Shown: positions 27,150 to 39,910, numbered from the stretch's first letter. The stretch: DNA of 64,000 nt from the human T2T-CHM13v2.0 reference genome, Homo sapiens (GCF_009914755.1 NC_060947.1); one strand, 5' to 3'. Notes: generated by a model not told the origin, from the letters alone. Numbers and translations: made by a program.

Positions 27150-28420
27150 GGTGTCTGGAATGAGACTGGGGCCGAATAAAAAGGAGCGTCTATACAGGAG
27201 CTTAAATGGGCTGTACCTTGTAGCATTCTGAGGACAGGCCTGAATTCTGAGAAGGGCAAGTGGTAAAAGTATTGTCCAGTCCTTTTTAAGTTGGTGGCTG
27301 AGCTTGGTGAGTTGTGTTTTTAAAAGACCATTAGTTCACTGAATACTAAGAGCCTGAGAAACTGCTTGGGTGATTTGACTAATAAAGGCCGGTCCATTAT
27401 AGGACTGTATAGAGGTGGGAAGGCCAAACCCACGAATTATGTCTGCCAGAAAGGAAGAAATGACCGTGGTGGCCTTCTTAGACCCTGTGGGAAAGGCCTC
27501 TAACTATCCAGTGAAAGTGTCTACCTAGACCAAGAGGTATTTTAGTTTCCTGACTCGGGGCATGTTGAGTAAAGCCAATTTGCCAGTCCTGGGCGGGGGC
27601 AAATCCCTGAGCTTGATGTGTAGGGAAGGGAGGAGGCCTGAATAATCCCTGAGAAGTAGTAGAATAGCAGATGGAACACTGAGAAGTTACTTCCTTGAGG
27701 ATAGATTTCCATGATGGAAAGGAAATGAGAGGTTCTAAGAGACGGGCTAGCGGCTTGTAACCTACACAGAAGAGGTTATGAAATGATGACAGAACAGAAT
27801 GGGCCTATGAGGCTGGAAGGAGATATTTTCCTTGGTCTAAGAACCATTTGCCTTGTGTGGGAAGAGATTGATAGGTGGAAGTTTCAGCGGGGGAGTAGGT
27901 GGGAGTGACCGATGTGAAGGAGAAAAACTGGCCATGAGGGACAGAAGTTGGAAGGCTAGCTGCTTGTCTAGCCACCTTATCAGCATAAGCGTTGCCTAGA
28001 GCAATGGGATCTGACGCCTTTTGTTGCCCCTTGCAGTGAATGACTCCGGCTTCCTTTGGAAGTAAAGCGGCTTTGAGAAGCGTTTTTTTATTAAAGAGGT
28101 ATTAATGATAGAGGACCCTTGTGTAGTGAGGAAACCTCTTGCATGGTGGTGCAGGATATGGAAGGCATATTTAGAGTCAGTATAAATATTGATGTGTAGT
28201 ACCTTTGCAAGAGTGCGGGCTTGACTTAAGGCAATGAGTTCAGCTTGTTGAGAGGTAGTGGAGGAGGGCAGAGCTGTAGCCTCAATGATAGATGTGGAAG
28301 GTACTGTGGCACAGCCTGCCTTTGCTGGTGAGTGGCGATTAGGCCTGGTGGAACTGCCATCAATAAACCAAGTGTGTTCAGGGTGAGGAACAGGAAAGAA
28401 GGAAATATGGGGAAATGGGG
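27150..28420 (-). pseudogene. HERV-H pol remnant (RNase H and integrase region)
   Basis: Minus strand near 28330-28375 translates to WFIDGSSTRPNRHSPAKAG (RNase H start). No long ORF. Boundaries approximate. Confidence 0.75.
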
Positions 28421-28858
28421 TGAATGTCAGGTGTATCAGAGAGATACAGTCATGGGGGTCAGGTGTGGTATCCCGAATAATGTGGGAGGCCAGATTGAAG
28501 TCTGGGCCAGGAACAATGGTAATTGTGGGAGACTCAACAAAGAGTGAATATAGCTGAAGGAGCCGGGGAGCAGAAAGTATATGCGTCAGGTGGGAGGAAG
28601 AAGATAGATTTTAGGAGTTATGAGAACTGTAGAGAGTGAGTTGAGCATAGTTTGTGATTTTTAGGGCCTCTAAAAGTATTAAAGCAGTGGCAGCCGCTGC
28701 ACGCAGACATGAGGGCTAGGCTAAAACAGTAAGGTCAAGTTGTTTGGACAGAAAGGCTACAGGGTGCGGTCCTGGCTCTTGTGTAAGAATTCTGACCGCA
28801 CTAACCATGCCTAGGAAAGAAAGGAGTTGTTTTGTAGAAGGGATTGGGGTTTGGGAGA

Positions 28859-29424
28859 TTAGCCGGACACGATCAGCAGGGAGAGCACATGTGTTTTTAT
28901 GAGAATTATGCCGAGATAGGTAACAGATGAGGATGAAATTTGGGCTTGACTGAAGTAATGGGGGCTGTCTGTGAAGCTTTGCGGCAGTACAGCCCAGGTG
29001 ATTTGCTGAGCCTGATGGGTGTCAGGGTCAGTCCAAGTGCAAGTGAAGAGAGGCTGGGATGAAGGGTGCAAAGGAATAGTAAAGAAAGCACGTTTGAGAT
29101 CTAGAACAGAATAATGGGTTGTGGAGGGAGGTATTGAGGATAGGAGAGTATATGGGTTCGGCACCACGGGGTGGGTAGGCAAAACAATTTGGTTGATAAG
29201 GCGCAGATCTTGAACTAACCTGTAAGGCTTGTCTGGTTTTAGGACAGGTAAAATGGGGGAATTGTAAGGGGAGTTATAGGCTTTAAAAGGCCATGCTGTA
29301 GCAGGTGAGTGATAACAGGCTTTAATCTTTTCAAAGCGTGCTGTGGGATGGGATATTGGCATTGAGGGGGGTAAGGGTGATTAGGTTTTAATGAGATGGT
29401 AAGGGGTGCATGATCGGTCTCCAA
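28859..29424 (-). pseudogene. HERV-H reverse transcriptase remnant
   Basis: QYPIP, SPYNSPILPVLKPDKPYRLVQDLRLIN, YSVLDLKRAFFTIPL and LPQSFTDSP are present. The sequence then jumps to VTYLG with no YxDD motif, and it is frameshifted. Confidence 0.92.
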
Positions 29425-29442
29425 GGAGGGAGTAGAGGCATC

Positions 29443-29829
29443 TTATACTTGTGGGTTAAGGTGGGGGGATACGAGAGGGGGATGCAAAGGAGGCTTTGAA
29501 CTGGGGAAAAGGGCAGCAATGAGGCGTGGCTGTAGTCCAGGAACAGTCAGGGAAGCAGATAATAAGGGAACTGGGCAGGTGGGGATAACTAAAAAAGAGT
29601 GTTTAAAAGAATGTTTTCTAAGTTGGCACCAGAGTTGGGGAGTTTTAAGAGGTTTAGAAGCCTGGCTGTCAATACCTACCACAGTTATGGAGTTAAGGGA
29701 AACAGGCCCTTGAAAAGAAGGTAATGTGGAGTGGGTAGCCTCTGTATTGATTAAGAAGGGGACGGACTTACCCTCCACTGTGGGAGTTACCCAGAGCGTC
29801 TGTGATGGTCCTGTAGGCTTCCGAGGCAA
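29443..29829 (-). pseudogene. HERV-H protease remnant
   Basis: VEGKSVPFLINTEATHSTLPSFQGP. The catalytic DTGA motif reads NTEA. Confidence 0.88.
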
Positions 29830-30990
29830 TCAGGCAATGTCAGTCTTCAGCTGCTAAGCCGAGAAGATCTGGGAAGGAGTCAGTCAGAGAGCCTCGGGCC
29901 AGAGTTCCACGGGCTCTGGGAGTGGCTCCCAGGTGAGTTGAACAGTCTGATTTTCAGTGGGGTCCCACACAGATGGCACGCGGCTTAGGAGGAATCCCGG
30001 GCTGTGGGCATTACTTGGCCTGGTGGCCAGATTTCCGGCACTTGTAGCAAGCTCCTGGGGGAGGAGGTTCTGGAGGAACCCCTGGCAGCTGCGGTTCGGG
30101 CATTTGGAGTTCTTCTGTGCTGGAGATGTGGCTGGGGTTTGTCTCACAGTGGAGGCAAGGAATTGCAACTCAGAAATACATTGCTACTTGGCTGCCTCTA
30201 CTCTATTATTGTACACCTTGAAGGTGAGGTTAATTAAGTCCTGTTGTGGGGTTTGAGGGCTGGAATTTAATTTTTGGAGTTTTATTTAATGTCAGGAGCG
30301 GATTGGGTAATAAAATGTATATTGAGAATAAGACGGCCTTTTGACCCTTTAGGGTCTAGGGCTCTAAAGTGTCTCAGGGTTGCTGCCGAATGAGCCATGA
30401 ACTAGGCTGGGTTTTTCATATTTGATGAAAGAACCTAAACGCTAACTGATTTGGGAGAGGTCGGATAAAGAAAAAGGAGCATTAGCCTTGACTATGCCTT
30501 TAGCTTCAGCCACCTTTTTAAGAGGAAATTGCTGGGCAGGTGGTGGAGGGCTAGTCTCGGAACAAAACTGTAAGCTGGACCGGGTGTCAGGAGGGGAGGT
30601 GATAAAAGGATTATAGGGTTGGGGAGTAGAGGCTGAGGAAGAATTGGGACCTGGCTCGGCCTGGCGAGGAGCAGCCTGGGGAGGAGGGGAGAGGTCAGAT
30701 GGGTCTGTAGAAAAGGAAGATTAGAAAGACTCAGCAATGCTTGGGGTTGAGACTGAGAGAACAAGCGGGAGGGAAAGAAGGAAGATTTGGGACGAGTTGC
30801 ATTGGGAACAAAGAGTAGGGAGGGAACAATGTGTGAAAGAATGCCTGGACGTCAGGCACCTCAGACCGTTTGCCCATTTTACGACAAGAATTATCTAGAT
30901 CTTGTAGGATGGAAAAATCAAAAGTGCCATTTTCTGGCTATTTGGAACCACTGTCGAGTTTGTATTGGGGTCAAGCGGCATTGTAGAAGA
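29830..30990 (-). pseudogene. HERV-H gag remnant
   Basis: Position between leader and pro, with a proline-rich stretch. A Cys-His-box-like segment (C-Y-K-C-R-K-S-G-H) lies near 30025-30050. Fragmented ORFs. Confidence 0.7.
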
Positions 30991-31124
30991 AAATAAGGCG
31001 TTTAGGTTTTAAGTCAGGTGTGAGTTGAAGAGGTTTTAAGTTCTTGAGAACACAGGCTAAGGGAGAAGAGGGAGGAATGGAGGGTGGAAGGTTGCCCATA
31101 GTGAAGGAGGCAAGCCCAGAAAAA

Positions 31125-31240
31125 AGAGAGTAGAGACACGGAGAGAAGGGGTTGGGGGGGTTCTTGCCCTCCAGAAAAGCAGAGAAGGGGTAGAGACACG
31201 GAGAGAAGGGGTCGGGGGGGTTCTTGCCCCCTAGAAAAGC
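31125..31240. repeat. ~60-bp tandem repeat (2 copies) in HERV-H leader
   Basis: GTAGAGACACGGAGAGAAGGGGT.GGGGGGTTCTTGCCC...AGAAAAGC twice. A second short repeat, GGCAGGCGTCCCTGCGTG, occurs at ~31270 and ~31321. Confidence 0.9.
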
Positions 31241-31547
31241 TGTACTTGCCGCTAAGGGTGAAGGACCAAGGCAGGCGTCCCTGCGTGGCCAGAGACCTCT
31301 GAAACGTGGGTGAATAATCAGGCAGGCGTCCCTGCGTGATTAAACACCAAGGGAAGACTGTCTTCCCGAGCCCGTGACCAGCACGGGAGTTTTGGGTCCA
31401 CGGATAAAACGCGTCTCCTGTCTCTACCAGAAAAGGAAAGGAACTGAAATTAAGAGAAGGGAGAGATTGAAGTGTGGCGCCAAGATTGAAAGGAGAAAGA
31501 GGTTGAGGGATAGTGAGAGAGGTTGGAGAAGAGAATAAAAAGAGGCC

Positions 31548-31556
31548 ACTTACTGG
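31548..31556 (-). promoter_or_regulatory. HERV-H major splice donor
   Basis: Minus strand CCA|GTAAGT about 150 nt downstream of the 5' LTR, where the HERV-H leader donor is expected. Confidence 0.75.
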
Positions 31557-31685
31557 ACTTAAAATTGGTGAGATGTTCCTTGGGCTGGTGGGTCTGAGGA
31601 CCAGAGGTCGTAGGTGGATCTTTCTCATGGAGCAAAAAGTAGGAGGACAGGGGATTGATCTCCCAAGGGAGTTCCCCCCTCCCCG

Positions 31686-31703
31686 ATCTGAGTCACGGCA
31701 CCA
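31686..31703 (-). promoter_or_regulatory. Primer-binding site, tRNA-His
   Basis: TGGTGCCGTGACTCAGAT, 17/18 match to canonical TGGTGCCGTGACTCGGAT, 2 nt from the LTR end. Confidence 0.93.
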
Positions 31704-31705
31704 AA

Positions 31706-32162
31706 TTTCACTCGCGTCTGTGTGAAGAGACCACCAAACAGGTTTTGTGTGAGCAATAAAGCTTTTTAATCACCTGGGTGCAGGTGGGCCGAGTCTGAAA
31801 AGAAAGTCAGGGAAGGGAGTTGGGGTGGGGCTGTTTTATAAGATTTGGGTAGGTAAAGGAAAATTACAGTCAAAGGGGAGTTGTTCTCTGGCGGGCAGGA
31901 GTGGGGGTCAGAAGGTGCTCAGTGGGGGAGCTTTTTGAGCCAGGATGAGCCAGGAGAGGGAATTTCACAAGGTAATGTCATCAGTTAAGGCAAGGACCGG
32001 CCATTTTCACTTCTTTTGTGGTGGAATGTCATTAGTTAAGGCAGGAACAGGCCATTTACATTTCACTTCTTTTGTGATTCTTCAGTTACTTCAGGCCATC
32101 TGGATGTATATGTGTAGGTCACAGGGGATATGATGGCTTAGCTTGGGCTCAGAGGCCTGACA
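31706..32162 (-). promoter_or_regulatory. HERV-H 5' LTR (LTR7 type) promoter/enhancer
   Basis: TATAAA (31835-31840, minus), CCCCACCCC box (31822-31830) and two tandem U3 repeats containing ACAAAAGAAGTG. Confidence 0.93.
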
Positions 32163-32470
32163 CAAATCCCTTATACATATGATTTGAAAGTATTTTTTCT
32201 CATTCCTTGGGTTCCCTTTTTACTATCTGGACAGTGTCCTTTGAAACACAAGATTTTTAAATTTTGATAACCTCTAATATATCTATTTTTTGTCTTTTTT
32301 GTTTTAAGTGAATAACTAGTAAGTCTGCCTAACTTAAGATCACAAAAATTTCTCCTGTATTTTCTTCAAAGAGTTTTATAGATTTAGCTCTTACATTGAG
32401 GTCTGTGATTTATTTTGAGGTAATGTTTGTGTGTGGTGTGAGGATGGAGTCCAATTTCATTCTTCAAACT
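32163..32470 (-). mobile_element. L1MB/L1M element, right part
   Basis: CCCTTATACATATGATTTG...TTTAGCTCTTACATT resumes the L1 interrupted at 26111. Confidence 0.8.
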
Positions 32471-32794
32471 TCTTTTTTTCCCCCTTTTTTTTAGAGCAAG
32501 GTTTTGCTATGTTGCCCAGGCTGATCTCAAACTCCTGGGCTCAAGCAGTCCTACCGCCTCTGCCTCCCTATGTGCCTGGCGAATTTCATTATTTTACATG
32601 TGGATATTCAGTTTTTCTAGCTTGATACCTATTTTTATAATCTAATAGAAAGGACTGGTGCTCCTCAAACTTAAATGTTAGTAAGAATCACCTGAGGTTC
32701 TTGTTAAAATGCAGATTTTGTTATGGTAGTGGGACCTGAGAGTCTACTTTCTTACAAACTTCCTAGGTGATGCTGCTGATTCTGGTACTGGGAC

Positions 32795-33448
32795 TTTTTT
32801 TTTGTTTATTTTTGAGACTGTCGCCCAGGCTAGAGTGCAGTGTTGTGATCATGGCTCACTACAGACTTGACCTCCTGGGCTCAAGAGATCCTACCACTTC
32901 AGCCTCCAGAGTAGCTGGGACTATAGGCATGCTCCACCATGCCTGGTGTATTAGTCCATTTTCACACTGCTATAAAGAACTGGCTGAGACTGGGTAATTT
33001 ATAAAGGAAAGAGGTTTAATGACTCACAGTTCAGCCTGTCTGGGGAGGCCTCAGGAAAGTTACAATTATGGTGGAAGGCAAAGGGGAAGCAGGTACCTTC
33101 TTCCCAAGGTGGCAGGAAGGAGAGTGAACACAGGAGGAACTACCAAACACTTACAAGACCATTAGATCTCATGAGAACTCACTACAAGAGAACAGCATGG
33201 GGGAAGCAGCCCCCATGATCCAATTACCTCTACCCGGTCTCTCCTTTCACATGTGGGGATTATAATTCAAGATGATATTTGGCTGGGGACATAAAACCTA
33301 ACCATATCACCAGGCTAATTTTTGTATTTTTTGTAGAGACAGGGTTTCACCATGTTGCCTGGGCTGGTTTTGAACTCCCGGGCTCAAATGAGCTGCCTTC
33401 CTTGGCCTCCCAAAGTGCTGGGATTGCAAGCATGAACCGTGCCTGGCC
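32795..33448 (-). mobile_element. AluJ split by a THE1 LTR
   Basis: One Alu arm ends CCATGCCTGG at 32946 and the Alu resumes CTAATTTTTGTATTTT after 33314. Confidence 0.88.
32947..33309 (-). mobile_element. THE1 (THE1D-like) solo LTR
   Basis: TGTATTAGTCC...GAGACTGGGTAATTTATAAAG...AACCATATCA. 5-bp TSD CCTGG/CCAGG. Confidence 0.9.
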
Positions 33449-36145
33449 ATTCCTGGGACATTTTGAATAGCAAGGAAATAGACAAGTACTAAACAAAGAA
33501 TTATAAGTGCATTCTAACTGTGCATCTGTTTTATTTTCACCTGTCTGACAACTGGCTTTCTTTGCTGCTTCCCGTATGTGGGAGACTATAACCTCTATAC
33601 TGCTTCCAAGATCACATCCCATTAGGTCAAGCCATAAACTTAGGAGTTGCAAAATGGCATTGCTAAGCCTGAGTTTTTAATTCCCAGCAGAGATGAGCCA
33701 ATTGGCTACCTTAGACCTATCAGCTCTTAGGTGTTCAGTTCTTAGTTCTATCAGCTGTGGCTAGGGGTCTGGCTTGTAGAGGGCTCAGTGGGTCAGTGGC
33801 AGCTCAGAGAGAAGAGAGTTGTGGGCTGGCCAGAAACTGAATGCTTTTCTACAGATGTACAATTGACCTTCTGTGTCATTTCACAGAAGTGTGGGCATCT
33901 TTGACTTTAAATTGAAAATTGTTAAAGGCATGGTAATTAGCAGGAGTCAGGAATTCTCCAAATGACTGTTACTGACCAATTCTGGGCAGAGGAGGGGGAA
34001 AAAGAATTTTCCTTGATTACCAGCTAAACTGTGTTTCATATTTAGCAACATGAATGATTTGTGTGACTTCACTAAGGACTCCGATTGGAACACAGGCAGT
34101 CCTAGTGCAGACTATTGAGTGGGCAGTCATGGGTAAGGTACTGAGCCTTTGTGGAAGCTTTCTCATTTATAGACTGAGGAATAATAGCTGTTCTGCAAAG
34201 ACATTTTTAATCATTTTGTTTCTGGAACAATGTGTAGGTGCTGAATCTGTTAGTTTTCCTCTCTTTCCCCGCCTTCCTACTTCCAGAAAAGATTTTCTGT
34301 GATTTACATATAAATGATCAAGTATAATAGGGCCATTAAATTACGGATAAAACAAGAGCCCTCTAATGGAAAGAGAACATAGTTTTTCTACAAAAATCAA
34401 GGCTAAGATGGTTACTCTAACTGAATAAAAATTTAACTATGAGCTTTCTGGCACACATCATAAAAACAGAATAGATGAAACTGTTTTTAATATATAAAAA
34501 TCTTAAAATACCAGTTAGGAGAGAGAAAATGTTTTTTTCTAACATTAAAATCATGTTTACATAGAATAACTAATAAGAAAAATGGAATGACATAATTGAC
34601 AATGTTTTAAAAGTATCAAATGATAAAACCTTTTTCTAGTATGCTCCTTGAATTCTAGCCTCTGCACACTGTCTAGTTTCTCATTTTTAGGTATTTGTTA
34701 CATTAGCATCCCACTTCCAGGTATTTTTATTTGGAAGTATTTTTATTTGGAAGACTGGGATTTTTATTTTAGAAGCATTTAAACAACCAGCTTTACCTTA
34801 TCTATTGAATGTCTCTGTTCTAGCTCCCCCTTTCTTTGTCCCTTATAAAGGGAAACCAGTAGTCTGTTAGTGAAGAGTGGGAAAATCACTAACTTACTGT
34901 AAGGATATTAACTCTTATATATCACATAAAACATATACTAGGTCCATTACATAGTACAAAGAATAAGTTGCTACAGTGCCAATAAGCATGCAAATAAATT
35001 TGATAATTAACAGCTGGTAGGATTTATGCATTTATTCACTCATCATCTATTGAGCATCTATTGAATATTGGAATTATAGCGAGTAACAAAACAATGGACC
35101 ATAGATTATATCAGAAATCTTCATGGTTGCATGCAAATGAAAGAAAAAAATAGAATGAGGATTTATGTGCTTAGGGCAAACACTAACATAGAGCCATTTC
35201 TTAGGCACACATCAACTAATTTTATACTATATAATTACAGTGCTTAGGTGAAAACAAATAATACAATGATGGTTTTAATAAAATTAAATTTAACTCCCTC
35301 TTGTTTCACTGTTACTGTTTTTCAATTAGGAAGCATCATGCCATTTGAAATTTGGGTAATACATATATTATTTTCAATATTTAGATAGCATGTATGTTAA
35401 AAATATTTTAACTTTTCCATTTTGCTTTTCACTTCATGTTATCACCCTATTTGGACATTTAATTTTTCTTGCTTGTATTGTTGCCTGTGCTGTACAATCT
35501 CTTTATTGCTGCTTTTCTTCAATCCTTCCTGCATATTGCCATTAGACTCTTTTCCTAAAGAATAGTCTTTGTTGTGAGAGTCTCTTGCCCACCATCTGAA
35601 ATGCTGATGGCTGAAATTCAAGGCTTTCTAAGAGATGGCAGAAACTAACTTTTTTGCCTCTTATTTTGTATCACTACATTCATGAAAGTTTGAGGTATAA
35701 TAATTCACACAAATTCATCACATAAAACTTTAATTTGTTTTCATTTGCGGTATTCTCCATGAGTAGGATAGCGATTTCCATCCTCACTCGCTCAAATATT
35801 ACTCAGCCTTTCTTGTATAGCTCAAAGGTCACTTTTGTGAAGCTTTCCAAGTTGACTTCAGCTTTCAGGAATTTCCTTCATCTAACTCTTTAAGTAATTT
35901 GGGTTAGTTTATATATAACCCAGAAATAATGGCTATGTGACTCCCACTCTATAGAGTAACATTTTTTAAATCTGCATCTAATGATCTTAAATAATAAGGT
36001 GTACTTTTTGCTAGATTATACCATGACATGCACACATTTCTCCAGAAATCGTCAGTAAGACCTTCCCAAAGTTCTATATTCATGTCAGCCACAAAATTAT
36101 CTCTCTGGCTTCCTCCCATTCATGTTTGTTCATTGCCTAGATTAA

Positions 36146-36501
<356 letters not shown>

Positions 36502-36691
36502 TAACCGATTTTTGTTGTGAGACATCCTTGTGGAGACTTTCTGGTAAATAAAACTTTCTACTACTGTCTTTTCTATATCATTTTCAACAAGTACTTTCTA
36601 CACCTGGTAATAGTGCATGTTTTATCTACTCTTCAAAACTAAGGGAAAAAATGAGGACAGGAAGTACTTTTTTATTACTCATGGCTTAACT

Positions 36692-37030
36692 CAGAGGTCC
36701 CCAAACGTCGGGCCACAGACCAGTACCAGTATATGGCCTGTTAGGAACTGGGACACACAGCAGAGTTGTGCAGTGGGTGAGTGAGCATTACTGCCTGAGC
36801 TCTGCCTCCTATCAGATCAGCAGTGGCATTAGATTCTCATAGGAGCAGGAACCCTATTGTGAATTGTGCATGCCAGGGAGTGAGGGATTTAGGTTGTGTG
36901 CTTCTTATGAGAATCTAATGCCTGATGATCTGAGGTGAAACAGTTTCATCCTGAAACCCTCCCCACCGTCTGCGGGAAAATTGGCTTCCATGAAACTGAT
37001 CCCTTGTGCCAAAAAGATTGAGGGCCACTG
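36692..37030 (+). mobile_element. MER1B hAT-Charlie DNA transposon
   Basis: CAGAGGTCCCCAA...GGCATTAGATTCTCATAGGAGC...TGCCAAAAAG...CCACTG. 8-bp TSD GCTTAACT/GCTTAACC. Confidence 0.9.
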
Positions 37031-37102
37031 GCTTAACCTTTAGCAAGTTCTCTTCTTTGGGTGAAATACAAGTAGGAAATGAAGCTTCAGTCACATATTT
37101 TC

Positions 37103-37469
37103 TTTCCTTTTTTTTGTTTGTTTGTTTTTTTGAGATGGAGTCTTGTTCTGTCACCCAGGCTGGAGTGTAGTGGCGCTATCTCGGCTCACTGCAACCTCTG
37201 ACTCCTGGGTTCAAGTGATTCTCCTGCCTCATCCTCCCAAGTAGCTGAGGTTACAGGCACGTGCCACCATGCCCTGCGAATTTTTGTATTTTTAGTAGAG
37301 ATGGGGTTTTGCCATGTTGGCCAGGCTGGTCTCGAACTACTACTGACCTCAAGTAATCCTCCTGCCTTGGCCTCCCAAAGTAGTAGGATAAGCTTCAGTC
37401 ATGTATTTTCTTTCTTTCTTTTTTTTTTTTTTTTGTTTTGATCACAGGCATGAGCCACCATGCCCGGCC
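37103..37469 (-). mobile_element. AluS with internal ~50-bp insertion
   Basis: Full antisense Alu. TSD CAGTCACATATTTTC / CAGTCATGTATTTTC. Confidence 0.92.
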
Positions 37470-39910
37470 CAGTCATGTATTTTCGATACAAGCCGGGTGT
37501 CATTGACATCTACCACATGTCCACACGGCATTTCGTTCTTCTGCATGTAGTGTTAAAGAAGGTGTAGATAAAATTCCTGTCATTCCTTCCTTTTCTAAGC
37601 TTGCATTTCTTTTCCTCCTCCTAAAAAGAAATGATAATAGCTTAACCAAATAAAGCAATTTCTGATTATGCATGATATAATAGATTATGTTATCAGGACT
37701 AGGTAAGACAATCAACAACTAACCAAATATCTTAATGTTGGAATTTATTATGCGCTACCTATATGCATATATTCTATGGGCAAAATATTATATTCATATA
37801 ATGCATACATATGTGTATTTTAAGATACTTTGTGGTTTTTCTAAATAATTGTATTATATTTAAATTATGAGAAAAGTTAAAATATTAACTAATGAATAAA
37901 ATTACATGTGTATATATGTATCTGATATATATAACCATATATATTATATATTTATATATGTGTGTAATATATAACCTATAGTCTTCCCTCTTTCTCCATT
38001 ACAAGATAGACCTACAGTTATAGTTTTTTTAACACAAACTTCTACTGAAGATGCAGAGTATTAGAATTTCCTTTCTTGCTATCAAACTCAAACATTATCA
38101 TCCTCATGGAAACATTAATAATAGCTGTTTACTGTACCATTAGTAGGTACCAAGTACTACTCTAGGAGATTTATAAAAATTAAATTGTTTAATCATAAAT
38201 AAATAATTGTGAAGTGAATTTTGAGAACATGGAAGCTCAAGGACACACTGTAAGTGCAGGAGATGGAAAAAAGGGTATATAAAATTGGTCTGAATATCCA
38301 GATTAAAATTTCTAGCATTCTTAGTTGGAATGGTATATATAACGAAATACTGTGTGGAACTCAAAACAACTACTATTCATCGTAAGCATATTTCTCACAG
38401 TAGCATCAGCCACAGCGTCACTGAGCAAAGTAGAGAAAGTGGTTGTGAATCTGACAGGCCGTAGCTTAACATCTGGCACAATAAATCATTATTATCACAT
38501 TCTTAAGGTTAGAAAGGAGTGATAATTTAAATGTTTACATAAAAGAAGTCACGTTTTAAATTTCTGTTTTCTTGGTAAGTTATACTTCTTAGCCACAGTT
38601 TCCTTGTTCATAAAATGGGGGCATTTGTTAGATCTGTAAGGATCCTTCAAGCCTTACAATTTCTACAAATTTGTGATTCCTTTCAATTAACATTTTATCA
38701 CCAAACTAAATTATCTTAAAGGTTGAAAGAATATGAGATTTAAACCCAATGAGTTATTCTATTGCATTAGATTCAGAAGACCAATGGAGAAAAAAGTATA
38801 AAACAAATATATGCAATAGAGAAATATCAAAAGTTTTCCATAATATTTCTACATGTATGTATACATTGAAATAACAATTTTAATACTTACCATTTAAGTA
38901 AAATCATATATCGTAACTTAGAGAATAAAAGCTTTTCTAAGGAATTCAATAATTAGAGACTTTCATGGTATGTTGCCTTATGATTCTCTTTTGATTTGCT
39001 TTGAGGTATCTGTTACTTCTTTGAAGTTTATGTTTTTCTTACATTTAGTTTTGGATATTTTCTCCCATTACATTTTTCTTCCATAATCTCTAAGATAAAC
39101 ACATTTATTATTAAAATGCAGTAGATTTCACTAGATCTTTAAAACTCAGTAACAAAGTATCATTTTCTATGCATTATTATTATCACTACTAATCTGTAAT
39201 TTTATAGTATTGTATATACTTATATTATTTTCAGGTTTTTGGATCACATTTCCTAGACAATAATGAGAAATAAGGGCTTCTATTTAAATGGATATTCAAA
39301 AAGTATCATATATTTGCTGTGGACCTTCATCTCAGTGAATTTGTGAATGTATTATTTATAATGAAAATAAAATAAGTGAATGCTAAAAAAGTTTTTCCTT
39401 TTGCCAGGGGATTTACCAGAAAGAGAACAAAATGGATCATGGTATGATACTTTTCTGTGTAAATATATAGAGAAGAAAATCTACCAAAGATTTAACAATG
39501 ATTTTCCTACAATTGGGGTGGGAATGGAATGGTGAGATTCAGAACAGGTTCAACTCTCTATGTGGTATCTTTCTGAATTAGAACATTTTGAATGAATTTG
39601 TATTTCTTTAATAACTACTAAAATATGTTGTTATATTAAGATAGTCATATTTAGAGTATTTATACTAATTCTTGAAATCACAACAATTTATTTCATATGT
39701 AAAGAACAATTGCAAAAACCTCTGCCTTGATGGAGTTTACGGTTCAGTGGGGGAGAGGGTGATAATAAGAAAGTAAAAGATGGTATGTAGAAAAATAAAA
39801 ACACAGAAGGGCAGTAGGAAGTGTGTATGTGTGAGATATAATTCTTAGTAAGAGAAAGAAGGCCTGTAACTGAAAAATTAACATTTGAGTGAAAACTGAA
39901 AGAAGGCAAG

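Larger units (their letters stand above)
26112..32162 (-). mobile_element. HERV-H provirus, two LTRs, common internally deleted type (6,051 bp)
   Basis: Two 457-bp direct LTRs, tRNA-His PBS, polypurine tract and gag/pro/pol remnants. 5-bp TSD CAAGT (26107-26111) / CAAAT (32163-32167) with one mismatch. Confidence 0.97.
32655..33475. mobile_element. MER5A split by AluJ
   Basis: CTCAAACTT...GAATCACCTG...CTTGTTAAAATGCAGATT...AGGTGATGCTG. The terminus CATTTTGAATAGCAAGG follows the Alu. Confidence 0.65.

Noticed and set aside
26570-27150. Possible HERV-H env gene
   Set aside because: Only a few hundred bases separate pol from the polypurine tract and there is no long ORF. env is largely deleted.
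31014-31628. Longest ORF (204 aa) in the HERV-H leader
   Set aside because: Low-complexity S/P/L-rich translation through tandem repeats, with no recognisable domain.
34712-34775. Repeated TATTTTTATTTGGAAG units
   Set aside because: Short low-complexity tandem repeat with no unique spacers and no sign of function.
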